DNA of 64,000 nucleotides from assembly GCA_016791045.1 (NCBI GenBank), contig JAEUNO010000019.1, forward strand, positions 137,532 to 201,531. Reading direction: 5' to 3'. A model generated the notes under the pieces. The model was given only the letters and a program-made list of their open reading frames with translations, made no database searches and was not told the origin of the DNA. Position numbers and translations under genes: made by a program. The DNA is from Methyloversatilis sp. (GTDB lineage Bacteria; Pseudomonadota; Gammaproteobacteria; Burkholderiales; Rhodocyclaceae). Positions 25,503 through 35,273 of this stretch are shown in pieces. Every line of letters starts with the position of its first letter. Position 1 is the stretch's first letter.

Positions 25503-26525
25503 TCAATGCAGCCGTGCCTGCATGTCGGATGTGGCGGTCACGCTGCCATCCTGATCGACGCGCAGTGCGTGACGGATGCCCATGCGCACAGCCAGCGCCT
25601 GCCAGTGGTCGCGCCCGGCGATGAACAGCGGCTTGCTGTCGGCGTCCGAGCGGGCACCGGCACCGGGCGTCGCGGGAATCAGCACGGTCAGCGACTGCGT
25701 GTGGCGCACCGGCTGGCCATCGCGCGGATCGATCAGGTGGCACAGCCGCTCGCCGTCAAGTTCGAAGTAGCGCTGGTAGTCGCCCGAGGTACCGATGGCT
25801 TCGCCGTCGCGCAACTCGACGCTGGCCAGCGCCTCGGACTTGCGCGGATGCTGGATGCCGACGCGCCAGGGCTGGTCGCCCTTGCGACCGAGCGCCATCA
25901 CGTTGCCGCCGATATTGATCAATGCATTGCGCACACCGCGCGCGCGCAGCAGCGCCGCAGCACGGTCGAGCGCGTAACCCTTCGCGTAGCCGCCCAGGTC
26001 GAACTGCACGGCCGTGTTGCGGCTGATCAGGCGATGGCCGCCGGCCGGCCCGGCGCCGATGTCGACATCGGCCATGCGCGGTCGCGCCGCGATCAGCGCC
26101 GACAGCGTGGCCGCATCGGGCCGCCACGGCAGGAATTCGTCGGCATGGAACCCCCATGCGGCGATCAGCGCACCGGCAGCCGGATTGAACAGGTCTTCGC
26201 CGCGCAACGCCGTGGCCTTTGCGTCAGCGAGCAGCTGCGCCATTTCATCGTTGATGTCGGCCGGCGCGCCGGCCTTGATCGCCGCATTGATGCGCGTCAG
26301 TTCCGACGGCTGCCAGGCGTGCAGCAGGCGATGCAGGCGGTCGAATTCGCGCAGTACCTCGCCCAGCGCATCACGCGCCTGCGCGCGGTCGACGCCGTAG
26401 ACGACGACTTCGACCCGGGTACCGAACACGAAGGATTCCTGCCGCTCCACCGGCTCGCGCGCGCAGCCGGTGAGCAGCCCGCACAGCCACAGCAGCGCAA
26501 CGAAAGCGCTAGCGCGTTGCCGCAC
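25503..26525 (-). CDS. apbE: FAD:protein FMN transferase ApbE (lipoprotein)
   Basis: Lipobox signal (V)RQRASAFVALLWLCGLLTGC from GTG 26525. Motifs GGYAKGYALD and GTSGDYQRYF. The track ORF extension to 26789 is antisense-free read-through over the gshB 3' end. Overlaps gshB by 17 nt. Confidence 0.85.
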   Translation of the reverse strand: MRQRASAFVALLWLCGLLTGCAREPVERQESFVFGTRVEVVVYGVDRAQARDALGEVLREFDRLHRLLHAWQPSELTRINAAIKAGAPADINDEMAQLLADAKATALRGEDLFNPAAGALIAAWGFHADEFLPWRPDAATLSALIAARPRMADVDIGAGPAGGHRLISRNTAVQFDLGGYAKGYALDRAAALLRARGVRNALINIGGNVMALGRKGDQPWRVGIQHPRKSEALASVELRDGEAIGTSGDYQRYFELDGERLCHLIDPRDGQPVRHTQSLTVLIPATPGAGARSDADSKPLFIAGRDHWQALAVRMGIRHALRVDQDGSVTATSDMQARLH

Positions 26526-27453
26526 GTTCGAGCGCGTCGACGAACATCGCAGCGACATCGAAGCCGGTCTGTTCGGTGATTTCCACGAAGCAGGTCGGGC
26601 TGGTGACATTGATTTCGGTGAGCCGGTCGCCGATGACGTCCAGCCCGACCAGCAGCAGGCCGCGCGCGGCGAGCACCGGGCCGAGCGCGCGGGCGATCCG
26701 CCAGTCGGCTTCGGACAGCGGCTGCGCCACGCCGCGCCCGCCGACCGCCAGATTGCCGCGCGTCTCACCCGCCTTAGGGATGCGCGCAAGGCAGAACGGC
26801 ACCGGCTCGCCGTCGATCAGCAGGATGCGCTTGTCGCCCTGCGCGATGTCCGGGATGAAGCGCTGCGCCATCAGCGTGTCGCGGCCGTCGCCGGTCAGCG
26901 TTTCGATGATGACGTTGCGGTTCGGGTCATCGGCGCGCACGCGGAAGATGCGCGAGCCGCCCATGCCGTCGAGCGGTTTGAGGATGCTGTCGCGATGCAG
27001 GTCGATGAAGGCATTGATCGCCGCCACGTCGCGCGTCACCAGGGTCGGCGTGATCAGCTCGGGAAATTCGCAGATCGACACCTTCTCCGAGTGGTCACGC
27101 ACCGCGCGCGGATGGTTGAATACGCGCGCCCCGCCGGCGGCGGCACGTTCGAGCATCCAGGTGGCGGTGATGTACTCGAAATCGAACGGCGGGTCCTGAC
27201 GCATCAGCACGGCGTCGAATTCGCACAGCGCGCGCGTCTCGACACCGGCCGGGCTGTACCAGGGTTTGTCGCCCGGCGCGAGTTCGATGCGCAGGGCGCT
27301 CGCCGACAGCTCGCTGCCGGACAGGCTCAGCGCCTCGCGCTGCACGGTCCATATCCCGTGACCGCGCCGCGCCGCCTCGCGCATCATGGCAATGCTGGAA
27401 TCCTTGACCGGCTTGAGCGCGTCGAGCGGATCGACGATGAAGGCGAATTGCAT
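26509..27453 (-). CDS. gshB: Glutathione synthetase (prokaryotic ATP-grasp type)
   Basis: 314 aa. MQFAFIVDPLDALKPVKDSSIAMMREAARRGH and the C-terminal ATP-grasp segment LVGLDVIGDRLTEINVTSP. Confidence 0.93.
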   Translation of the reverse strand: MQFAFIVDPLDALKPVKDSSIAMMREAARRGHGIWTVQREALSLSGSELSASALRIELAPGDKPWYSPAGVETRALCEFDAVLMRQDPPFDFEYITATWMLERAAAGGARVFNHPRAVRDHSEKVSICEFPELITPTLVTRDVAAINAFIDLHRDSILKPLDGMGGSRIFRVRADDPNRNVIIETLTGDGRDTLMAQRFIPDIAQGDKRILLIDGEPVPFCLARIPKAGETRGNLAVGGRGVAQPLSEADWRIARALGPVLAARGLLLVGLDVIGDRLTEINVTSPTCFVEITEQTGFDVAAMFVDALERAATR

Positions 27454-27455
27454 GA

Positions 27456-28778
27456 TCAGCCGCGCTGTTCCGCTTCGACGGCTTCATCCCGGCCGTCGAG
27501 CGGCAGGCCGCGGTCGAGCTCGAGGCTGGCCGCCAGCAGCGCCAGACGCGCCACCACGCCATACGCGTAGAACCGGTTCGGCGGCGCATCCGGCTCGCAG
27601 CCTGGATCGGGCATCGTGCAGCAGGATTCGAACGCCAGCGGCTTGAAGTGCATGCCGGGCGCGTTCAGGTTCTCGTCGCGACCGCGCTCGGCATGCACGC
27701 GGTAGAAACCCCCGACGACATAGCGGTCCATCATGTACACCACCGGCTCGGCGACGCCGCCGTCCACGGTCTCGAAGGTGGGCACGCCTTCCTGGATCAG
27801 CACGGAGCTGACTTCCATGCCTTCCTTGATGACGGCCATCTTGTTGCGCTGCTTGCGGTTCAGACCGACGATTTCGGACGGATCGCGCACCGTCATGATG
27901 CCCATGCCGTAGGTGCCGGCATCCGCCTTCACGATGACGAAGGGGTCATGATCGATGCTGTGCTGGGCGTACTTGTCGCGGATGCGCGCCAGCAGCGCGC
28001 CGACCCGTGTTGCCAGACACTCTTCGCCGCTGCGCTCATGGAAGTTGATGTCGTGGCAGACATCGAACATCGGATCGATGAGCCAGGGGTCGATGCCCAT
28101 GACCGACGCAAAGCTGCGCGACACCTCGCTGTAGGCTTCGAAGTGCTGCGACTTGCGACGGGTCGTCCAGCCGGCATGCAGCGGCGGAATGACCGTCTGT
28201 TCGCGTACGTCCTTCAGTAGCGCCGGCACGCCGGCCGAGAGGTCGTTGTTGAGCAGGATGGCGCACGGATCAAAACCTTCGACGCCGATGCGCCGGCCGC
28301 CCGGCAGGCGGATCAGCGGTTCGAGCAGCAGACTCTGACCGTCGCCGAGGTCCAGCGTGGTCGGCTCGGTGATGTCCGGCAGCACGCTGCCGATGCGTAC
28401 GTGCAGCCCGGCCAGCTTGAGGATGTGCGCGAGCCGCGCCACATTGCGCAGGTAGAACAGGTTGCGGGTGTGATTTTCGGGCACCAGCAGGAGATTGCGC
28501 GCTTCCGGACACAGTTTTTCTATGGCCGTCATCGTCGCCTGCACGCACAGCGGCAGAAAGGCGGCGTTGAGGTTGTTGAAGCCGCCGGGAAACAGATTGG
28601 TATCGACCGGCGCCAGCTTGAAGCCGGCGTTGCGCAGATCGACCGACGCATAAAAGGGTGGCGAGTGCTCCAGCCACTGCGACCGGAACCATTGTTCGAT
28701 GTCGGTCTGGCGTTCCAGGAAACAGCGCTCCAGCGCGAGCAGCGGGCCGGTGAGCGCGGTGGTCAGATGAGGCACCAT
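27456..28778 (-). CDS. gshA: Glutamate-cysteine ligase (betaproteobacterial GshA type)
   Basis: 440 aa. [28 protein letters not shown]. Sits 2 nt upstream of gshB. Confidence 0.9.
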   Translation of the reverse strand: MVPHLTTALTGPLLALERCFLERQTDIEQWFRSQWLEHSPPFYASVDLRNAGFKLAPVDTNLFPGGFNNLNAAFLPLCVQATMTAIEKLCPEARNLLLVPENHTRNLFYLRNVARLAHILKLAGLHVRIGSVLPDITEPTTLDLGDGQSLLLEPLIRLPGGRRIGVEGFDPCAILLNNDLSAGVPALLKDVREQTVIPPLHAGWTTRRKSQHFEAYSEVSRSFASVMGIDPWLIDPMFDVCHDINFHERSGEECLATRVGALLARIRDKYAQHSIDHDPFVIVKADAGTYGMGIMTVRDPSEIVGLNRKQRNKMAVIKEGMEVSSVLIQEGVPTFETVDGGVAEPVVYMMDRYVVGGFYRVHAERGRDENLNAPGMHFKPLAFESCCTMPDPGCEPDAPPNRFYAYGVVARLALLAASLELDRGLPLDGRDEAVEAEQRG

Positions 28779-28940
28779 GGGCGTGGGCGGTCGCGATCCG
28801 CATTGAAATTCAGGCCGCGAATTGTACCCCCGCAGCCCCCCGTGTCACCTCCGGACCGCGCCGCCCCGGATGGCCGCCCGGTGCGCTCCGGTACAATCCC
28901 GCCTCTTGCGCATCCGCGCGTTCAACTTTCCGTGAGTGCC

Positions 28941-30563
28941 ATGCTGTCCGCTTCCAACATCACCATGCAGTTCGGTGCCAAGCCGCTGTTCGACAACGTC
29001 AGCATCAAGTTCGGCGGCGGCTTCCGCTACGGGCTGATCGGCGCCAATGGCGCCGGCAAGTCGACCTTCATGAAGATCCTCGCCGGCGTGCTCGAACCGA
29101 CCGCCGGCAACGTCGTGCTCGATCCGCACGAGCGCATGGCCTTCCTGCGTCAGGACCAGTTCGCCTTCGAAGACCTGCGGGTGATCGACGTGGTCATGAT
29201 GGGTCATGCGGAAATGTGGGCCTGCATGCAGGAAAAGGACGCCCTCTACGCGAACCCGGACGCGACCGAAGAGGACTACATGCGGGCCGCCGAACTCGAA
29301 GGCGAATTCGCCGAGTACGACGGCTACACCGCCGAGGCGCGCGCCGGCGAGTTGTTGCTCGGTGTCGGCATCCCGACCGAACAGCACACCGGACCGATGC
29401 GCGAAGTCGCGCCCGGCTGGAAGCTGCGCGTGCTGCTGTGCCAGGCACTGTTCGCCAACCCGGATGTGCTGCTGCTCGACGAACCGACCAACAACCTCGA
29501 CATCAACACCATCCGCTGGCTCGAGCATGTGCTGAACGAACGCAACAGCACGATGATCATCATCAGCCACGACCGTCACTTCCTGAACCAGGTGTGCACC
29601 CACATGGCGGATCTGGACTACGCGACCATCCGCGTCTACCCGGGCACCTGGGACGACTACATCGAGGCGTCCGCGCAGGCGCGCGAGAGGGTCGCCGCGG
29701 CGAACGCCAAGGCGAAGGAACGCGTGGCCGACCTGCAGAGCTTCGTGCGCCGCTTCTCGGCCAATGCCTCCAAGTCCAAGCAGGCCACGTCGCGCCTGAA
29801 GATGATCGACAAGATCAAGATCGAGGAATTCAAGCCCAGTTCGCGCCAGTACCCGTGGATACGTTTCGAATACGACCCGAAGGAAAAGCTGCACCGTCAG
29901 GCGGTCGAACTTGAGAACGTGGTGTTCGGCTACGAGGGCGGCCCGCAGATCCTGAAGGGCTTCACCGCCACCTTCGACGGCGGCGACCGCGTGGCCATCA
30001 TCGGCGAGAACGGCGTCGGCAAGACCACCTTCCTCAAGCTGCTGGTGGGCGAACTGACGCCTCAGCACGGCGCGATCAAGTGGGCGGAGAAGGCGAAGCT
30101 GGGCTACTTCGCGCAGGACCACTCGGCCGACTTCGACAGCGACCTGAATCTGACCGACTGGATCAGCGGCCATGTGCGCGAGGGCGGCTACGAGGGCGAC
30201 GACGCGATCACGCTGATCCGCGGCACGCTCGGCCGGCTGCTGTTCGGCGGCGAAGACGTCAAGAAGAAGGTGCGCGTGCTGTCCGGCGGCGAACAGGGGC
30301 GCATGATGTTCGGCCGGCTGATGCTGCAGCGGAAGAATGTGCTGCTGCTCGACGAGCCGACCAACCACATGGACATGGAATCGATCGAGTCGCTGAATGC
30401 CGGTCTGGACGCTTTCGAAGGCACGCTGTTCTTCGTGTCGCACGATCGCGCCTTCGTGTCGACGCTGGCCACGCGCGTGCTGGAGATGCGTGCGGACGGA
30501 CAGATCACCGATTACCGCGGCGGCTACGAGGAATACCTCGCCAGCCAGGGCATCGAAGATTGA
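28941..30563 (+). CDS. ybiT: ABC-F family ATPase YbiT
   Basis: 540 aa from ATG 28941. Near-colinear with E. coli YbiT as I recall it ([46 protein letters not shown]...). Two Walker A, signature and Walker B sets. The track ORF start at 28401 is an artefactual extension. Confidence 0.93.
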   Translation: MLSASNITMQFGAKPLFDNVSIKFGGGFRYGLIGANGAGKSTFMKILAGVLEPTAGNVVLDPHERMAFLRQDQFAFEDLRVIDVVMMGHAEMWACMQEKDALYANPDATEEDYMRAAELEGEFAEYDGYTAEARAGELLLGVGIPTEQHTGPMREVAPGWKLRVLLCQALFANPDVLLLDEPTNNLDINTIRWLEHVLNERNSTMIIISHDRHFLNQVCTHMADLDYATIRVYPGTWDDYIEASAQARERVAAANAKAKERVADLQSFVRRFSANASKSKQATSRLKMIDKIKIEEFKPSSRQYPWIRFEYDPKEKLHRQAVELENVVFGYEGGPQILKGFTATFDGGDRVAIIGENGVGKTTFLKLLVGELTPQHGAIKWAEKAKLGYFAQDHSADFDSDLNLTDWISGHVREGGYEGDDAITLIRGTLGRLLFGGEDVKKKVRVLSGGEQGRMMFGRLMLQRKNVLLLDEPTNHMDMESIESLNAGLDAFEGTLFFVSHDRAFVSTLATRVLEMRADGQITDYRGGYEEYLASQGIED

Positions 30564-30569
30564 GATGAA

Positions 30570-30655
30570 GCCCCCACGCTCACTTCGTTCGCACAGGGTC
30601 GGCTTTGCTCAGCCGCCCCGTTCGGCAGGCGCGGCGCATGCGCCGCGAAACCCCT
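30570..30655. repeat. Intergenic 86-bp repeat, copy 1 (contains an 18-bp perfect palindrome)
   Basis: GCCCCCACGCTCACTTCGTTCGCACAGGGTCGGCTTTGCTCAGCCGCCCCGTTCGGCAGGCGCGGCGCATGCGCCGCGAAACCCCT. Palindrome CGCGGCGCATGCGCCGCG at 30630-30647. Confidence 0.9.
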
Positions 30656-30716
30656 GCCTCACCCCCGCCGAGGGGGCTGCGCTCGCCCTTGGGGCGGCCC
30701 TGCGGGCGGCGCAGAT

Positions 30717-30802
30717 GCCCCCACGCTCACTTCGTTCGCACAGGGCCGGCTTTGCTCAGCCGCCCCGTTCGGCAGGCGCGGCGCATGCGCCGCGAAACCC
30801 CT
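30717..30802. repeat. Intergenic 86-bp repeat, copy 2 (direct, 1 mismatch to copy 1)
   Basis: Identical to 30570-30655 except GGGTCGG versus GGGCCGG. Separated from copy 1 by a 61-nt GC-rich spacer. Confidence 0.9.
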
Positions 30803-30898
30803 TGGCACGAGGACCGGCATTGCGCAGCCGGTCCGTTCAGCCGGCGCGGGGCCGTTTCATGCGTTGTGAGTTGCGCAACGTGCGTTGGAACAACTGAG

Positions 30899-31753
30899 AT
30901 GTCCAGCAGCTGCCCGATCTGCGGCGATGCGCCCGGCCATCACTGGCTGTGGCGCGACGAGCGGCTGCGCATCATCGATGCGCGCGATGCCGACCATCCC
31001 GCATTCCTGCGCGTGATCTGGAATGCGCACGCGCGCGAAATGACCGACCTGGCCGAAGCCGATCGCCAGCACCTGATGGAGGTCGTGTGGCAGGTCGAGC
31101 GCGCCGTGCGCGAAATCGCCCAGCCGGACAAGATCAATCTGGGCAGCCTCGGCAACATGGTGCCGCACCTGCACTGGCACGTCATCGCCCGCTGGCCGGA
31201 CGACGCGCATTTTCCCGGCTCGGTCTGGAGCGCCAGGCAGCGGGAAAGCGCCGCCCGCCCGCGGATACCCGCTGCGCTGTGGCGGGCCACGCTGCTGGCT
31301 CGACTGGGATTGCCGGCGGTTGCCGTGCCGCCCGAGCTGATCGCGGCCTACGAAGCCACGGCGTATGCGGCAGACCTGCCCGGCGGGCCCGCCACGCTGC
31401 GCATCGGCACGCCCGAACCACTGCTCGACCACTGGCTGGCCGAGCACGGACAGTCGCGCTGGGCTGTGATTTCAGCTGCCAATCCGTGGTCTTCGCGCTG
31501 CGACAAGGAATCCAACCACGTCGCGCATGGCGCACTGCGCGCCCTGCTCGTGCAGCGTGGCCTGCCGGTGTGCGAAGCGATGAACTGGCCGGACGACGGC
31601 GTCGCCGGCTGGACCGAACCGGCGCTGCTGTGCGCCGGCCTCAGCCCGGAAGAAGCGATGCGGATCGGGGCGGCGTTCGGACAGAATGCCGTGCTGTGTG
31701 GCGAAGCGGGCGAATCGGCACAGATCATGTGGTGCGTACGCCGCAACATCTAG
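30899..31753 (+). CDS. HIT-family hydrolase fused to a DUF3293-like C-terminal domain
   Basis: 284 aa from ATG 30899. N-terminal CxxC (CPICGD) and histidine triad NMVPHLHWHVIARW. The C-terminal half (YEATAYAADLPG...WAVISAANPWS...GWTEPALLCAGLSPEEAMRIGAAFGQNAVL) resembles DUF3293. Confidence 0.8.
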   Translation: MSSSCPICGDAPGHHWLWRDERLRIIDARDADHPAFLRVIWNAHAREMTDLAEADRQHLMEVVWQVERAVREIAQPDKINLGSLGNMVPHLHWHVIARWPDDAHFPGSVWSARQRESAARPRIPAALWRATLLARLGLPAVAVPPELIAAYEATAYAADLPGGPATLRIGTPEPLLDHWLAEHGQSRWAVISAANPWSSRCDKESNHVAHGALRALLVQRGLPVCEAMNWPDDGVAGWTEPALLCAGLSPEEAMRIGAAFGQNAVLCGEAGESAQIMWCVRRNI

Positions 31754-31881
31754 ATCCGTTCGCATGTGATGCGTGCGTCACAGGGCTGCTGGGCGGAGTG
31801 TGCAGCCGGCGCGTGATGTACGAGTGACGCACCAACAACGCCGACGCTTCAACTCCGGGCCCGGCGGAAGCCGGGGCCGGG

Positions 31882-32628
31882 TCAGCAGCTGATGCCGCCG
31901 TCGACCGTCAGCGTCTGACCGGTGATGAAGCCGGCTTCCTCGCTCAGCAGAAACATCACCAGCGGAGACACGTCGTGCACCGTGCCCAGCCTGCCGAGCG
32001 GAGTGCGGTTGATGATCTGCGCGCGCTGGCGCTGCTCCAGCCCGGCCGACATGTCGGTCTCCAGATAGCCGGGTGCGACCGAATTGACCGTGATCTGTCG
32101 ACGTCCGACCTCACGCGCCAGCGCACGGGTGAGTCCGTCCAGCCCCGCCTTGGATGCCGAATACGCCGCCAGGCCGGTGTATCCGCGCGAGCCGATGATG
32201 GAACTGATGTTGATGATCCGTCCGCCACGCCGTGCGCCCAGCATGTGGCGCAGCGCCAGCCGGCTCATGCGCAGCGAACCGAGCAGATTGACCTCGATGA
32301 TGCGCGTGCTGTCGACGTTCGGCAGCGTGGCCAGAATGCCGTCCTGCGCCACCGCAGCGTTGTTGATCAGGGCATGCACCGTGCGCGGCCCCGCCCATTC
32401 GATGACCGCTGCGAAGAAGGCCGCCTCTTCGGCTTCGTCACCGATCGCCGCCGGAACCCAGAGCAGACTGGACGAGCCGTGCTGCTCGATCAGCGCCTGC
32501 AGTTCCGGCGTCGGGTGGCGGCTGCATGTCGCGACGGCATATCCCGCCTCGAACAGCCGATGAATGATGGCAAGCCCCAGACCGCGGCTGCCGCCGGTGA
32601 TCACGACGCACTTCTGTTGCTGATTCAT
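31882..32628 (-). CDS. SDR-family oxidoreductase (FabG-like 3-oxoacyl reductase)
   Basis: 248 aa. TGGSRGLGLAI (TGxxxGxG) and YSASKAG (YxxxK). ATGA-type 4-nt overlap with the upstream adenylating enzyme gene. Confidence 0.88.
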   Translation of the reverse strand: MNQQQKCVVITGGSRGLGLAIIHRLFEAGYAVATCSRHPTPELQALIEQHGSSSLLWVPAAIGDEAEEAAFFAAVIEWAGPRTVHALINNAAVAQDGILATLPNVDSTRIIEVNLLGSLRMSRLALRHMLGARRGGRIINISSIIGSRGYTGLAAYSASKAGLDGLTRALAREVGRRQITVNSVAPGYLETDMSAGLEQRQRAQIINRTPLGRLGTVHDVSPLVMFLLSEEAGFITGQTLTVDGGISC

Positions 32629-33929
32629 TGGACCCTCTGTTTCTTTCCGCTCGCCGACACGACGATCCGGTCTTTCACGGTCAGCACGCGCGGTACCTTG
32701 AAGGCCGGCAGGCGCGAACGCGCATGCCGCTGGATATCAGCACGCGTCGCGTCGACGTTCAAGGACGAATCACTCAGAACGACCTCGGCCACGACGAGCT
32801 GACCGGTAATCGGATTGCTCTTGCCGAAGACGCGTGCTTCGGCAACGCCGGCGCACTCGAGCAGTACCGCCTCGACCTCTTCGGGGAACACCTTGGCGCC
32901 TCCCACATTGATGACGCTGTCGATGCGCCCCATGAACAGCGTCCGATCGGCGCGCACTTCGACCAGATCGCCGGTACTGAGCCATTCGCCGTCACCTACC
33001 GGAGACGGCGGCCCGCCGGAAAGGTAGCCCTGCATCATCCGCGGGCTGCGCACTTCAAGCATGTCACCGTTCAGCCGCAGCTCGATGCCGTCAGTCACCT
33101 GGCCAAGCCAGCCCGCCGGGAACCCGGCCTGACCATCCCGGACCGCGAACAGCGCGCCCGCCTCGGTGGACGCGTAGATATGCGCAATGCCGGCGGAGGG
33201 ATACACCGCGGAAATCCGGTCCAGCGTTGCCTGATCGACCGTCTCACCTCCGAGGGTGACCTGCTTCAGCGGCAATTCAGCCGCGCGACCGCCCAATGCG
33301 AGCAGAAAGCCGCGCCAGAACGTCGGTGTGCCGCTGATGTGCGTGGGGCGGGCATCCAGCGCCACCCGCGCAAGGTCGGGCACCGTGGCATGGGTGCATG
33401 CGGCAAGTGTTCCCCCGGAAACGAGCGCGGTCAGCAGCACCTGCATGCCGGCGAAGCTGGCAGGGTGATAGGTCAGCAGCCAGACCGCATCTGTGGCGCC
33501 GCTCTTCGGCGGCCGGATGCGTCCCAGCAGGCGGTCGAGGCTGTGACGGGCCGCCTTGGGCTGTCCTGTCGTGCCGGAAGTGGTCAGTACCAGATGGAAA
33601 CCGGTGTCCAGCCTGCGCGCGGATGGCAGAGGCCGGATGGCCAGGGCATCGTCGAACCGCGCAGCAACGTCCCAGTGTGCCCACAGCGACGAATCATCGG
33701 GAAGACTGTCACGCAGCAGCAGCAATTCGCAACCGATCGACTGACAGGCGATCATGGTCGCCACGATGTCGCGTACGCGTGCGCTCGCGAGCGCAACGCG
33801 GCACCCTGCGAACGGAGCAAGGTCTTCGGTCAGGCGCCGCGCAAGTCGGGCAATCGTGTCCGCTTCGTGCAGCTCTCCGTCCTGCCGGATTCGTAGCAGA
33901 TCCGGCGACATGGATATCTGCGCAGACAC
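32625..33929 (-). CDS. Short class I adenylate-forming enzyme (AMP-dependent synthetase/ligase)
   Basis: 434 aa. TSGTTGQPKA, YASTEAG, STGDLV, GRIDSVINVGGAKVFPEEVE and the C-terminal SGKKQR. Confidence 0.85.
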   Translation of the reverse strand: MSAQISMSPDLLRIRQDGELHEADTIARLARRLTEDLAPFAGCRVALASARVRDIVATMIACQSIGCELLLLRDSLPDDSSLWAHWDVAARFDDALAIRPLPSARRLDTGFHLVLTTSGTTGQPKAARHSLDRLLGRIRPPKSGATDAVWLLTYHPASFAGMQVLLTALVSGGTLAACTHATVPDLARVALDARPTHISGTPTFWRGFLLALGGRAAELPLKQVTLGGETVDQATLDRISAVYPSAGIAHIYASTEAGALFAVRDGQAGFPAGWLGQVTDGIELRLNGDMLEVRSPRMMQGYLSGGPPSPVGDGEWLSTGDLVEVRADRTLFMGRIDSVINVGGAKVFPEEVEAVLLECAGVAEARVFGKSNPITGQLVVAEVVLSDSSLNVDATRADIQRHARSRLPAFKVPRVLTVKDRIVVSASGKKQRVQ

Positions 33930-33931
33930 TG

Positions 33932-34177
33932 TCAGTCGATGTAGAGAGCCGCCAGCTCGTCCACGGTGCGGAACTCGATGAAACCACTCTGGAAGGGATC
34001 CTTTCCGAATGTGGCTTCGAGCTGCACCACCAGCGTCGCGAGGTCGAGTGAATCGATCGATATCGGCCCGCCCAGCAATCGGGTGTCGCCAGCGATTTCG
34101 GGCAGTGCCTCGCCCCTCTCGAGGAGGATGTTTCCCACGAGGTCGATAATCGTCGATCTAACCTGGTCGATATTCAT
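33932..34177 (-). CDS. Acyl carrier protein
   Basis: 81 aa. Phosphopantetheine attachment motif GGPISIDSLDLATLVVQLE. Sits 2 nt upstream of the ligase gene. Confidence 0.85.
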   Translation of the reverse strand: MNIDQVRSTIIDLVGNILLERGEALPEIAGDTRLLGGPISIDSLDLATLVVQLEATFGKDPFQSGFIEFRTVDELAALYID

Positions 34178-34300
34178 GATGTGTTCTTGGTGAAGACAAG
34201 GCGGGGAAACGCGTCTTGAAAGCGTGCAGTAAGCATCAGCGCCCAGCAGATTGCGGAGTTGGGCGGTGCGGCTAAATATATTATCGGCAGTTCAAGCGCG

Positions 34301-35272
34301 ATGCCGCGCCGCCCGCCAATTTCCAGCACGATGATGCCAACTCTTTCCGGATTCGATGCCGCAAGCCTGTGCGAAAGCCTGCGGGCTCGACTCGAGCAGG
34401 ACTTCCCGCAGATCATCGAGCAGTGCCCGCCGGATGACTACATCGCTGCGCTGGATTCCATCGAGGGCTATGGCGGTTATCGGGAATTCGGCAACGAAGC
34501 GACGCGGATCGCCGGCCGGATCGAGCAGCTCGCGGGTCTGCCGGGCATCGAGCTCTATCATCGGTTCGTCCTTGCGCGACTGATGTCACGGTTCGAACGG
34601 GACGGCATCCGGCATGCATTGCCTGCTTCCGTGAAGGATCAGTACCTGATCGAATTCCAGCGCATCGCGAAATTCATGACCGTTGCCCGGCCGGGCACCT
34701 ACCTGCCCCGGAACGATGGCTTCTGCAAGGACCTCGCGATATGCCGCGGCAAACTGCTGCCCTGCGGCGCACAGCTGGTGGATGTGCGATCCGGTGTTCC
34801 GCGGCGCATTCTCGGCGGCGGAGGCCTGGGCCAGGCCATGGCCGGTGCGCATTTCTTCGGCATGCGCACCGGCGGCTTCAGACCCTTTTACGAAATGCAC
34901 CTCGATCCACGCGCGATGTCCCAGTTTTCGCCCACCGGCTGGGATGCGTGTTACCTCCGCATTGCCGAACTTCTTGAACTGAACCCCGAGATCCGCGGCG
35001 TGTTCGGCAGCAGCTGGTGGTTCGACCCCGAAGTGGAGCGGAACAGCCCCACCATCGCCTGGCTGCGGCGTCGCCCGCTGGATGGGGGCGCACGAGTCTT
35101 TCGCGCCGGATCCGGTGAATCAGCCGTCAACGATGCGCTGAAGTTCTCGCCGCAACGCAAGGCGCTTTACGACGCAGGCCGCTATGAACCCACGATCTGG
35201 TCGATGGTCTGGGCGCGCAGCGATCTTCTGGCGTGGGCGAAGTCGGTCCGCAACCCGATTCAGGGACGCTGA
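34301..35272 (+). CDS. Hypothetical protein, no family recognised (start uncertain: 34301, 34331 or TTG 34259)
   Basis: About 323 aa with good GC3. An AT-rich promoter-like TAAATATATTAT (34273-34284) lies inside the longest ORF version, so I prefer ATG 34301. The conserved-looking C-terminal GVFGSSWWFDPEVERNSPTIAWLR is not assignable by eye. Confidence 0.6.
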   Translation: MPRRPPISSTMMPTLSGFDAASLCESLRARLEQDFPQIIEQCPPDDYIAALDSIEGYGGYREFGNEATRIAGRIEQLAGLPGIELYHRFVLARLMSRFERDGIRHALPASVKDQYLIEFQRIAKFMTVARPGTYLPRNDGFCKDLAICRGKLLPCGAQLVDVRSGVPRRILGGGGLGQAMAGAHFFGMRTGGFRPFYEMHLDPRAMSQFSPTGWDACYLRIAELLELNPEIRGVFGSSWWFDPEVERNSPTIAWLRRRPLDGGARVFRAGSGESAVNDALKFSPQRKALYDAGRYEPTIWSMVWARSDLLAWAKSVRNPIQGR

Positions 35273-35273
35273 C

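Noticed and set aside
28845-30443. 532-aa minus-strand ORF antisense to ybiT
   Set aside because: ybiT on the plus strand is near-colinear with the known YbiT sequence. The antisense ORF is a high-GC artefact.
30570-30802. Possible CRISPR array, suggested by the 86-bp direct repeats
   Set aside because: There are only two copies. The repeat is far longer than CRISPR repeats, the spacer is 61 nt of similar GC-rich palindromic sequence, and there are no cas genes in the window.
30803-30823. Sigma-54 promoter suggested by TGGCAC ... TTGC upstream of the HIT-family gene
   Set aside because: The spacing between the GG and GC elements is about 16-17 nt rather than the required 10 nt, so the geometry is wrong.
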